Origin: Catajapyx aquilonaris
Taxonomy: Eukaryota
Length of the DNA stretch: 43,632 nucleotides
Assembly: GCA_000934665.2 (NCBI GenBank)
Contig: JYFJ02000541.1
Span: 124,001-167,632 of the forward strand
Direction of reading: 5' to 3'
Of this stretch, positions 26,051 to 37,584 are shown one piece after another. How positions within the stretch are numbered: position 1 is the stretch's first letter; each line of letters begins with the position of its first letter. The translations under genes were made by a program, and so were the position numbers. The notes below the pieces were generated by a model. It ran no database searches. It was given only the letters and a program-made list of their open reading frames with translations, and was not told the DNA's origin.

Positions 26051-26163
26051 GGGCCCTTTCAGCCTGGTTAGACGCTGCGTCCACAGGCAAACTGGCCAGC
26101 AATTCGCGGTCAAGATTGTGGACGTGGCCAAGTTCACCTCTAGTCCTGGCCTTAGTACGGACG
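26051..26163 (+). CDS. CASK: CASK coding exon 2 (113 nt; Gly-rich loop and AVK lysine)
   Basis: Acceptor ttttgttccacag|G, donor ACG|gtacgt; encodes [37 protein letters not shown]; phase 2 to 1. Confidence 0.96.
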
Positions 26164-26168
26164 GTACG

Positions 26169-26170
<2 letters not shown>

Positions 26171-26240
<70 letters not shown>
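26171..26240. repeat. (TAA)23 microsatellite
   Basis: 70 nt perfect repeat starting at position +8 of the intron after exon 2. Confidence 0.98.
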
Positions 26241-26241
<1 letters not shown>

Positions 26242-27740
26242 TTAGCCTTTCAGCTAATGGTAGAACTTTTGCATTTATCTCAAGGGTCTAAATGGGTTAA
26301 TTGCGCGGAGGTACTGGGCTTAAGTTTGAAGTCGAGACTTATCTGGAACTGTTGAAACTTCCCCGAGTGCTGTTCCTGCAAAATGGAAAAGGTGGAGATA
26401 GAACAATGGCCGCAAGAAGTGGAGTGTAACGCACTTATGCCGTTTTAAATGGGCCTTACGGGGGCATGGCTTAGAAGAAAGTTTAAGATGAGAGGTAGTT
26501 AAGCCCTTTGTTTACCTCAGGTTGAATCGGAGAATGGCCCCAGATTTTGTCATAGTTGTGAATGGAGGTGCCAATTAATTCCTAGATGAATAGTTTGAAA
26601 GTGAAATACGAAGCCCCTGGCATACAGGCAATGTGAAGAACCTAGAAGGCTGATGGGTTGCTTTAAATGTCAGGATAACATTGCCTTGGGAGTATATAAA
26701 ACCATACCTAGACCGGGGAGTTGGCAAACAACTTTCCATGGTCCGGTTGATTCTTGAAGAACCAATATTTTCCCGCGTCCGAAGATGCCAAGCACAGCTG
26801 ACCATCGGATCGGTTTGCACAAAAGAAGAGAAGGAGGAAAAAAAAAAAAAAAGAGGTTGAAGGAGAGGGGGGTTTGCTTTTCCAGCCCCGGTCTTTAGTC
26901 CCGGAGGCAAATCAAATGCCTCTCGGCTCCTTCTGGATGTGGCTGGATCCGGGTCCAATTTTCCGGAGCCTACCCCGATTCCATGGAGAGGACCGAGAAA
27001 AAAAAAAAGCAGAGAAAAAGTTTCCTAACGGGCCTGGGGACATTTCCGTAATATGCTGTTTGTGGGTGACCTTTATTACGCTGGGCTTTTCCTCACCAGC
27101 AGGAAACAAGGAAGATAAAATCACGCACTAGGTGGGGGGGTTATATAAAAAAAATGGCGATTTACTGGGGTCGGAACTTAATTTGCAAGTTTTAAAGTGG
27201 ACCCCCCNCCCCCCCCCCCCCCCCCAACTTTTGTGCGACCTGTCATGGTTGGTTATATATCGCGGCTACTTATCACCACACAGGTGTAGAGGGTGGCTGG
27301 GAGCTGCAAAAATCGAGACCACATGAAAACCGCTGCCTGATAAGTTATCAGCCGAAATGAAGCAGGGGGGTTATTTCATTTGCATGCTAATTTTTAGGGA
27401 TGTTATAAGCGCAATTTGAGGGTTATTGGCGAATTGCGAATTTTTTTTATTGCGTCTGCAGTTAGGGGAAAAAGGATGTGCATTTGCAGGGAAGGATAAC
27501 AGATGGCAGGTGCTGATTTGTTGCCGATTGCTGAACGCACCCCGTGGGGTTTAAATCAATGTTGAACACTCGGTCTGCAAGGGAGCGAAATGGTGTGCAT
27601 GTTCGGCTAACAGATTACAAATGACGCTTTAATTTCGTATGCGCCTGAAAAACGGGGTTTGTCTTAAAAGGTTTTGTTGATTTCAGGAAAATAGCGAGAT
27701 TTTGGTCCACACAAACTCTTTCTTAAAAATTAATTTTATT

Positions 27741-27840
27741 TGGTTTTTATCGCAATTTTATAAATTGAATATTTTGATGTGAAGCATTTTTGGTTTTTAT
27801 CACAGTTTTATTAATTAAATATTTTGATGTAAAGCATTTT
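27741..27840. repeat. 50-bp tandem duplication (2 copies)
   Basis: TGGTTTTTATC...ATTTTGATGT(G/A)AAGCATTTT twice; 45/50 identical by eye. Confidence 0.9.
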
Positions 27841-29447
27841 TTGTATTATTAACTAGGTTGAAACTTTTTCTGAATGCTTTTAAAATATTTTTTAGGTGTA
27901 CCCCATGATAGAGCCCAAGGCCCTCTTGGGGTGGGGGTGGGGGGGGGGGTGGAATACCACCATAAGGTGACTGGGAGGGGATGTGCAACATGCAAGTGCA
28001 ATGTCGTTGCTTGATCATTTTGTGAACTCCCCTGGGTCGAGTCGTTTAGTGGAGATTCCACCCGAGACGAAGCCAGAGATGGCCAAACTCTGCACAAGAT
28101 GAAGGGGGGAACCCCGGGCTGAGATTTCGTGGGTGCATACGTTACCGCAGCATCACTCCGTCTCCCCTTAATGCTGTTAATCCCAAGATTGTTGTTTGAG
28201 AATGTGTTCTACATCCTGAGTGGATGTAACAAATAGAAACAAATTGCCACGAATGTTTTTATCACAATTATGCAAAGTTTGTAGCGCGTTATCGAAAAAT
28301 TCCAGGGCTCTTTTAATTCCATTTCTGGGAACGTGTTGACAACATCAACGTTTTTCTGTGACGTTCCCAATTTTTTTTCCCTCCAGTCTTCTTTCATCTT
28401 CCAATGTCATATATGCTGCTCTTCTGAAATGGGTTTTATAGAGATCTAGACCACCTCAGGGCCTTGATGTTTAGTTTCTCGACGCTGCACAGCTGCCTAG
28501 CCTTTCCAATCAGCAGCTGACAGTAAGTGATCTGGGGAGTCGAGAGATGAAATTCACTTGAGCAAGTTCAACAAGTTAGGCGCTTCATGGGAGACTGGGG
28601 AAAGGCAACGGTGCCACCTTTGCGAGTCACGATGGTAATTTCCCAACGGTTTTTTCCAGGGGGAGAAAACAGCAGTGCAGGTGAAGTACTGCTATTGAAT
28701 TACTCCTGGAGCAATTTTTTCTGATTAATCCTGTCCTTGGGTGGTGCAGATGGCACTCTTTTTCAGGTTTAGAGGTATAGGTTGTGGGTGACATTTAGGG
28801 CTGAAGGTGAGGCCTGGGATTAAGTTCTTGGAGTGGGTTGGTTCCTCCTGTGTATAATATAACAAAAATATAACAATGAGAAAATGATAAGCTAAATATG
28901 CAACATACGTTGCTCGTATGTTGGCATTGCAATGCGGCAGGAGGAGAGCATGTAATGAAGCATGACATAGTGAAAGCTGAGATTGCATAATAATTACTCT
29001 TGCATTATTCACTGAGTAAAGAATACTGGATGATCTCAGTAAGCACCTGTTACGTGGAAGTCAGAAGAGTACAGTGCAAACAATATATAATTTGTGGAAG
29101 CTGTGTTGATTTTTGTTCCTGAGTTGGTGTCTTGGGATAGGAGAGGGAAGTCTACTTTGTAATGCAGGAAATGTGCTAGTTACTGCGCCATGCACACAGG
29201 GGAAATCCGATTAGGGAAAAGTGATAGTATTAAATTTTAGCCGATGTTGTCATTAACACCAAAGTTCATTGTAATATTCTTGTTACGAGCTATTGTAAGG
29301 CACATGAAAGTGAACTGTTGTATGTGGGCTTGCCCATATTGTAAACAAATTGAAAGGGTGAGATTATGCCATACTTTCATTTGCTGTGAATATTTGTTTA
29401 AAACTGTCAGTGTAGTTAAACAGTAGTAATTACTTGGCCTTACTTGA

Positions 29448-29584
<137 letters not shown>

Positions 29585-29641
29585 GTAAGTACACAGACTT
29601 GACCTGTGCCAACCAACTCCCATGAGTAACACCCTCAGTAA

Positions 29642-29740
<99 letters not shown>

Positions 29741-29795
29741 TAAGATGAGATGGTCTGCAGTGTACCTGAGTAACTCATCACTACTTTATTTGCAG

Positions 29796-29971
29796 CCACT
29801 ACATGCGGCAGATTCTGGAGGCATTGCGATACTGCCATGACAATGATATAATCCATCGCGACATCAAGCCTCACTGTGTGCTGCTGGCGTCAAGGGAGAA
29901 CTCGGCACCAGTCAAGTTGGGTGGCTTCGGAGTGGCCATCCAGCTGCAAGGCGGACAGCTGATCAATGGAG
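29796..29971 (+). CDS. CASK: CASK coding exon 5 (176 nt; catalytic loop HRDIKPHC and GFG motif)
   Basis: tttatttgcag|C ... GGAG|gtgtgc; [58 protein letters not shown]. Confidence 0.96.
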
Positions 29972-30568
29972 GTGTGCAAGATACGGCTTCTGGTGTGACA
30001 CATTTAGGTGCAGATGAGTGAGGGAGATTGGGCAGGTTCACTAATGGCGCTTTTCTTGGCTGAAATGGGTTTTCCCCCAGGCACAAGGATCAAAATGCAC
30101 CTTTTTGTCACTCCTTCAATGTTTGTGTTGCACGGCTGTTTTGTGTTGGTTTCACCTTTGTATACTAAAGTGGCCTCCTTGGTGACAAGATACATTTTCG
30201 TGGGTTTTTTAAAACTTCAGGCAAAATGGATAAGTGTTGAATTTAAAATATGTCCATGAATGTTTATTACATGACCTGAAGTGCACAAAATTGATTTAAT
30301 AATAGTATTTTGAAAATCCAGTTCTGAATAGTAATTACAGCAGCATCAGCTGTTAATTGTGGAAACCCACGATAATGTTGACAATTGGTATGGATGAAGT
30401 TTATGTTGTATATGCTTTGTGACAAGGTTGGGTGCAGGTTATAATCCTTGATTACATAAATTGACTGCATGAGGAGTCTCATTTAATATTTTATTTTGCA
30501 TGAATTCCAGCTACTGAGCTTTTATTTTCTTGGCTGCAGCACACTTTTTTGTTTCTTCCCACCTGCAG

Positions 30569-30634
30569 AGAAAGTAGACTTGCTGCCAGTGTTGAACACA
30601 AATGGACGCCTCTATCTGAAGGAGGATCCAGAGG
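30569..30634 (+). CDS. CASK: Candidate alternative cassette exon of CASK (66 nt, +22 aa EKVDLLPVLNTNGRLYLKEDPE)
   Basis: Long pyrimidine tract cttttttgtttcttcccacctgcag|AG, donor GAGG|gtaagg. Length is 3n and it is stop-free in the phase-1 frame of the host intron. No homology or transcript support is available here. Confidence 0.6.
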
Positions 30635-31513
30635 GTAAGGGGATTCAGAGAGATAACAATTGAAAGATATTATTCATATAAATGCACCATGGTGTCCAGT
30701 GGAAGCATGGGAAAGAAGATCTCAGTGTTTGATCAGTTGATATTTGGTTCTTGCCTGTTGACACAGTGTTTTAAGTTGACCTGTTATTTGTAATGATGAC
30801 AATGTCAGGGAGGCTTCACATGTACAATGTAATGTAATGTATGGTAATGTAATGTAATGCGGTAACATCATGAAAATTTTATTTGAAATTTGATTAGAAC
30901 ATTTTAGAACTTGTTGCTCTCTAATTAGATTCATTATCCATTATTTCTGCATTTTCCTCTCTTCAATACATGATTTGATGCACACCTACTGAAACCTTTG
31001 TATAAGAGTAGAGCAAAATCTTGTCTGTTACAGAGTTGTGTTTGATTTCGATTTAGGAAATTTAATTCACAAGTATGTTTATTATATAAAGTGGAAACCT
31101 GACCACTATGATAAATTTTTGTGGAATGGAGTGACTCTATTATACTACTGTAGATAGATTTCACTGTATTTAGTGTTGAAAAAACACAGCTTCTTGGTTT
31201 GTTGTACTAGCAGTTGTCAAGTTGGGTGGAAGAGGGAGTGTGTGAATGTGTGAATGAAGTCTCCAAACCTTGTTCAATTAACATAAATGACAGGATAATT
31301 TATTCACACCAGTATATTGATTCTTGAGTTTTAAAACTTATTGTCGGCCATTTTTGGTTTATAGTTGCTTGTTTTTGAAGCTATATTTTAATTCATATGG
31401 TATCAGTTGCAGAAAATATGCAATGCAGGCAAAGCTTGGTCACACCCTGAGAATAATCTTTGACAAGGTTAACAACTAGGAACAAAATCAGTATACACGC
31501 TGTTAATTTTCAG

Positions 31514-31689
31514 GGCGTGTGGGGACCCCACATTTTATGGCGCCCGAAGTGGTCAAACGTCAGCCTTATGGGAAACCAGCTGACATTTGGTCAGCAGGAG
31601 TTCTGCTCCACATCATGCTGTCGGGCACACTGCCTTTCCTGGGGACCAAAGAGTGGCTTTACGAAAGCATCTGCCGAGGGAAGCTCTAT
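31514..31689 (+). CDS. CASK: CASK coding exon 6 (176 nt; APE motif)
   Basis: aattttcag|GG ... TAT|gtgagt; GRVGTPHFMAPEVVKRQPYGKPADIWSAGVLLHIMLSGTLPFLGTKEWLYESICRGKLY. Confidence 0.97.
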
Positions 31690-31767
31690 GTGAGTATCAC
31701 AGAGGAGCCAAGGAGCACTGCTTGCTGGTGCAGTAATTTTGTCATGTTGGAACATATGCACTTTCAG

Positions 31768-31890
31768 CTTCAAACTCAGCAGTGGCAAAGCATCAGTGAC
31801 CATGCCAAAGACCTCCTGATGCATATGCTCGCCGTCAATCCTGAAGATCGTCTCAACATACATGAAACTTTGAGCCATCGATGGCTTATG
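31768..31890 (+). CDS. CASK: CASK coding exon 7 (123 nt)
   Basis: cactttcag|CTT ... ATG|gtatgt; LQTQQWQSISDHAKDLLMHMLAVNPEDRLNIHETLSHRWLM. Confidence 0.95.
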
Positions 31891-32483
31891 GTATGTGAGG
31901 TGACCATAGTATCAGCTAAAAATTGGGTGGAAAACTGGGTCTTGAGAGGATCTTTTTCTTTTATGCCTTAAGTTTCTGCATCCTGTTTGTCACCTTCGCT
32001 TTACAAGGATATTTATATAGACATGCCTTGCTAATAGTTTCACCTTGAATGGATTTGTAGGGATTTTTTCTGTTAAAAGGGGCTTGTCATGTAGAAGTTC
32101 ATCCTTCAAGGTGTGAGAGAGCATCTAAGGGTGCTTCAGGGACATGCCAGAAATCTAAATGTATCGCCGAAAATTCTCTTGCTTGGTTGGTCAAAAATTG
32201 CCCATAATGGATACAAGTTTTGAAATAAGCTCCAGATGTATGGGATAGTACCAATTAAGATTTGTAGAGTGCCTAATGTCCTTATGGGCTATGTTCCGTC
32301 TTTAGTTGACACTGTCAAGCACCCAGGTCACCGAAAAATTTCAGCTAAACCATCAAAATAAGCATTCTGCAAGGTCCCCACTCACTTGGTGCAACCTGGG
32401 TGGATTGGCCCTTTTTTTCACCCAAGCACTCAAATGTGAATGTCAAATGTTGTGCAGAGTACTGATTGGCACTTGACTTTCAG

Positions 32484-32670
32484 GACAGGGACAAGACTGC
32501 TCCTAAAGCCCACCTGCATGACACTGTAGATGAGATGCGAAAGTTTAATGCCAGGAGAAAACTGAAAGGAGCAGTTCTTGCTGCTGTTTCATCGCCAAAG
32601 TGGACTGCCTTCTATTCAGATCCAAGTGATGGATTTTCCGACTTTGGAGATGATGAAGTTACCTCCTCGG
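32484..32670 (+). CDS. CASK: CASK coding exon 8 (187 nt; regulatory/calmodulin-binding segment)
   Basis: gactttcag|GAC ... TCGG|gtgagt; DRDKTAPKAHLHDTVDEMRKFNARRKLKGAVLAAVSSPKWTAFYSDPSDGFSDFGDDEVTSS. Confidence 0.97.
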
Positions 32671-33121
32671 GTGAGTAGCGTTAATTGGTGAATTTTTTCC
32701 AGTGTTGTGGCATGGAAACAAGTTAATTTACGAGTAGATTTTTTCCCCCTACTTACTTTGAACCATTCAGAGGAAAAATGTTTTTAGTGAAGAAATCTTC
32801 CATTATGTGCAATGTTGTGTTTTTTTTTTCCAGAGTAGGCAGAAACAACATGTGGTATTGCATTGAAAATGTTGTTTATTGAATAAGGCCTGTTCATGAA
32901 ATGCATCATTCATAACAGAGTCAGTGACTTGAGAGAAGGATGCAGGGCATATTTGTTCAGTTGTGTTTATTTGACGTTAAGCTTGTGGAATAATTGCATT
33001 TTTGCTGTATGCCTACAGTATGCGAATATTTATTTATCATATTATGTCTGTGGAAGCAGTGAATCACAAGTTGTCATTTTATAGAGGGACTTAAATTCCA
33101 CATTCACAACGTTGAATACTA

Positions 33122-34102
33122 TCAGGGTGAGTCGAATGAGAAGTGAGCCAAGGCAATTATCAGGAAGTATATGTGAAAGTAACCATTTTCATTGAGGCAT
33201 TCTCCCACTGAAGAATGAGCTTGGTGATTCCATGCTCAGAGAAGTTTTTTGGTTGCTGTGGCAGAATTCATGTAACTGCATCCTGCATGTTGGCCTCCGA
33301 CTTTTCTGGGCCCAGTAAGGGACATTATTCGTCACATGTGCTGAAAATGGAGAGAATATTAATACGCCCCACTATTGTGCCATGCTGCAACGCCTGCACC
33401 TGGCAATCAAGAACAAGCAACATTATTAAGGGACATCATCTTGTTACACAATAATGCAAGCCACATGATATGGCGAAAGTGGTTTTTATTAGGAAAGTCT
33501 ATCGTTTATCCGCACCTAGTGACGCAGCGGGGTTGGGAAGGCAGGGTGGGCTCCAAACATGTTGGCTACTGGTCGCAAACAATCAGTTGCCGGGAGAGCA
33601 CAACAAAGGGCGTCTTGTTACCCCTGCCACACGAACCGATGAGACGAGTAACTAGGACCACAGTATTAATGAAGGAGGTGGGAAATATGAAAGCCATGAT
33701 GGTTGCTGCAGCCCATTAACACAAAGAGCGACACTTCGTCAAGCAACCATGAAGGCATTCGAATTTGGCTGGCAGCAGTATCAAGGCACCAGATTGTTTG
33801 CGATGCAACGTTGCCAACCGTCGGGAGGCTCCCCGCCCTCCCAACCCCGACCTCATTGTTAAGGTGCGGATAAACAATAGTTTCTCCGACAATTTTTGTG
33901 GGTTGATGAAGCAGCTTAGGATTTGTATCAGAGGCTGATGTCCCAAGTGGGAGTTGCACTAATTCTGACATAGCAGAAGAGATCTCTATGAGCATCGATT
34001 CTGCAGTCTTGTTCGCAAGTGGGATAAATGTCTCGATGCTGGTGATGACTTTTTCAACATAAAGGTAATACTTTCTGACATAATTGTTTTGACTCACCCT
34101 AA
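33122..34102. mobile_element. Degenerate, rearranged mariner (DD34D-type) element
   Basis: TIRs TCAGGGTGAGTC / GACTCACCCTAA with TA on the left. Transposase relics: + strand ENGENINTPHYCAMLQRLHLAIKNK../IILLHNNASH (~33343-33467; cf. LLHDNARPH), + strand YEHRFCSLVRKWDKCLDAGDDFF (~33984-34056), and - strand MQDAVT*ILPQQPKNFSEHGITKLILQWE../CLNENGYF (~33175-33290). Confidence 0.85.
33491..33888. mobile_element. MITE with ~100-bp imperfect TIRs nested in the mariner relic
   Basis: CTATCGTTTATCCGCACCT...GGGGTTGGGA...TCGCAAACAATC..TGCC mirrored by GGCA..GATTGTTTGCGA...TCCCAACCCC...AGGTGCGGATAAACAATAG. Confidence 0.8.
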
Positions 34103-34973
34103 TTTAAGAAATATTACGCAAACCTACCTTGCCTAACCCTGAAGAAACACAACATCACAACACCACAACACCACAACACAGCACCATTATAAACATTTGG
34201 CAAAATCATGAATGGGTGGAAACTAAGCATTATCACAGATGGGTAATGCATTATTTCTATAATATGCTGTTTTTGGTTAATATGTGTCATGACACACATA
34301 ATGTTGCAAATCCTTCAGTAGAAACTTGGCACCTGAATTCCCACTGGACAACATTATCAGCACTTACCTTTAACCTCAGCCATGTATTTATGTAGTGGCG
34401 CAACTAGGTTTTTTGTCACCCGGGACAAACTAAGATTCTGCCCCTTTATTGTACATACATACATACATCACGGCATAATCCCATTCACCCCATTCACCAG
34501 GGGGAATATTGTGTAGATATTGTTAGAGTCCGGATTTGTAGGCACGAAATCCCCTGAAAAAGGCACGAAAGAACCTAAAATGCACAAAAAGTTGACTTTT
34601 TTGGGCATATGGAGGAATGTTACAGAAAATTTAAAAAACCAGAATAATTTTATAGGCCTAAACCTAAAATATAAATATAAAGTCGCAAACAAGAGCAAAA
34701 ATTGAATAACAATGATGAACTGACAGAAACTCACAAAATTTGGGCAAAAGACACAAAGTGCAAGCAAGTATCACTTGCTCTGGACTCTACCGCTAATAGC
34801 CAGTTTCCACTTGCACCAGACTTGCACAATATGTTTCCAAATAGTTTTCCAATCAGAGGAAAATTTAGAAAAATATTTGGCATAAAACTTATATGTTTCC
34901 GTGACACGTATGTGTGTCACGGAAAGAATAAGCTCATATTTGATGCAGACTTGCTGTAATACTGTAGTTTATA

Positions 34974-35235
34974 CGAGGAATGTTAGGAAAGTATTTACTC
35001 TTTATTTTTTTGCCATAGGTACAGGGCTCATGCAGGTCGGGAGATAGGCACATATTATCGATGGAACCCTGCCGGAGTGAATGCCCAGGCATTATAGGTA
35101 TGTAAACCTCTCCAGGCCCTCCAGGAACCTCCAGGAGGGTTCTATGAATATATTGTGTGCCTATCTGCTGACCTGCATGGGACCTGCATTAGTGGTTAAA
35201 AAAATAATGTGTAAAGACTTTCCTAACGCCCCTCG
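34974..35235. mobile_element. Mariner-type palindromic MITE (262 bp, ~105-bp TIRs, TA TSD)
   Basis: TA|CGAGGAATGTTAGGAAAGT...CATGCAGGTC..GATAGGC mirrored by GCCTATC..GACCTGCATG...ACTTTCCTAACGCCCCTCG|TA. Confidence 0.85.
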
Positions 35236-37019
35236 TAAAAATGAGACATTAAAAAAGAAAGATGAGTTTTCTGTAGGTACTTTTGTTAAGTCACTGTTAG
35301 CAGCGTTCTGCTAGTCTGGATTATACCACGAACTTTATCAAGGGTTACATTTATTATAGTTGCAGACAGGTACTGATAACTAGCAGGAGGACCAAAAACG
35401 CAACTCTTGTTTTTTATCAGTCAGGAAGAGAGTAGAATAGAGAGATCTTTGCCAACAGTAATATTACACTTATGGAGTCAGATTTGACTGGCATGGTAAT
35501 ATTCAGGATATTAATTGCTCCAAAGGTGTTTCAGGTTGTCATGTGCAACACAAAAAAGTTTTCTGTGACCACAATTCATTTTCATTTTGTCCATGATAAC
35601 CTGAAACATTGGTGCCGAGCAAGAGTGGTTAAAAGCAGTAGTATTTTTCACATATCCTTGCAGATTACTGTAGAGCATAATATATGAATAGTTCTTGGCC
35701 AGGAGTTCAATTCAGGGATCAGTTGGTTGATCCTCTTCCCATATCAACTGTCCACAAAAGTTTAGTTTACTTTCCAGCAATAATTTTGCAATGCAACCAA
35801 CTGAGGAAGAGAGGAACTCTCACCTTTCATCCATCCTGCAAGGGGTGCTAATATTGAAAGAGCCCTATCAGTAAATAGTAAATGGAAAACAACTGACTTG
35901 TTCGTCAACTATGTACAAATCAGTTGTTTTCTACTTTTTTTTCTGTTGAGAAGTCTCTTTGTTGCCTGTGAAATTTTCCCAGTACTTCACAATATTGGCT
36001 GTCAACATTAGGGAGCACCCTTCAAATTTTGAATTGCAATGGTTTTTGTAAATCCATTGGCATCCAATGTCAAGATGGAATTAATATTTTGCAATGTAGA
36101 CTGAATTAAAGCCTATCTATATGAGGCTGTTGCTATCAAAATATAAGTTCTGTCTTCCAATCAACTTGTAGAATGGCCTGTTGCAGCACACAAGTCGCAG
36201 CACTTGGAGGCCCATCTCTATCTAGATTAGTGACTGTGCTTATGATTAGTTGTCAGTAGCCTCATGTAAGGAGGACTTTAGAGTGTTCAAAATGCATCCA
36301 TTGAACTTCATATTAATATCTAATGATTTGGATAACTTATTTAAGAACCTTTTACAGTAATTGCTTAGCAAAAAGTGGTTTAAGACTAAGAAAATTGCTC
36401 TATAACATGAAAGTTCAGTTGGGGTGAATGCTATACATACAGTTGCCACCAACTCGTTTTCAAGAATACTAGAACACAGCTGCATGTTACACAATGGATA
36501 TGAATGGATAGGGAGAGTAGGAGTTGAACCACCAGATAAATTGAATCACATTCACTGCTCCAAAACAATCTGCACAATCCCGCACAATTTCATGGGGGCA
36601 TTGTTGGATTTATCCCTGGCTGCCCCTAGGCAGTTGAGATCTGCCGCCTCATCCCCCCACCCCTAAGCCACTTCAAAATTCCATTTTTCTGTGAGTTCTT
36701 TCGTTCATTTCATTTCATTTTATTTAAAAATGTATATATATATATATATATATCCACTTAATGGCCATCCCCAGAGGGCAGCCGCCCTCAGGCGTTTCTG
36801 GCTGCTATCAGTTTATTTAATATAGGCCCCTGTGTTTGACTCGGATCAACTCCCAAGCAAATGATCCTAAAAATTAATGATATATATCGTTGGAAAGCTT
36901 GTTTAAATCCACGTTACATATGTTCGAGTTGGTGTCCTATCATCAGTGTGTAAATTTCTATCGCAAGAAGAAGGCCGAAAGGTGTCATTTTTGACTAGTT
37001 GTCAACGTTACACTGTAAC

Positions 37020-37584
37020 ATGAATTTTTTAATGACACTTCCCGGTGGCCAAAAAAATCCCCCAGTGAACCCTGGATAGTGCAAATCTTTGTCTATCTAA
37101 TGATATATCTAAAACTTAGAAATCGGCATTTGTGTAATGATAATTAAGTTAATTGCACATCTCTGTTATCTCTGCCATTTCTCATCTGATGGCAAGCCAG
37201 AAATGTGCATGATAAAATTTAACCGTCCTCTATTACACTAAAAATTTTAAAAGTACAGTACTGTATTTAAAAGTTCGCCATGTATTCCCACCAGAAAGCA
37301 GGCTGAGTACTTGCCTATTGAACTTAATTAACCAATACTTTTAACAATTGTAGTGTAATAGAGCACGGTTTAATTTTATCGCGCACATTTCTGGCTTGCC
37401 ATAGATACATTCATTAAGTAATTCGGATGAGAAACGGTGGAGATAACAGATGTGTTCAATTAACTTAATTATGATTACACAAATGGCGATTTCTAAGTTT
37501 CACATATAACATTAGAATATTAGATAGACGAAGATTTGCACTATCCATGGTTCACAGGGAGAAGTGTCACAAAAAAAAAATCAT
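37020..37584. mobile_element. Long fold-back element (arms ~235-250 bp, spacer ~80 nt)
   Basis: 37020-37255 is the imperfect reverse complement of 37336-37584, e.g. GGATAGTGCAAATCTTTGTCTATCTAAT versus ATTAGATAGACGAAGATTTGCACTATCC. Confidence 0.88.

Noticed and set aside
32834..32854. Microexon candidate after a strong poly-T/CAG acceptor
   Set aside because: The phase-1 frame hits TAG immediately and the donor (gtattg) is weak.
35019..35097. Exon candidate (ttttttgccatag ... AG|gtatgt)
   Set aside because: 79 nt is frame-shifting and it lies inside a MITE arm.
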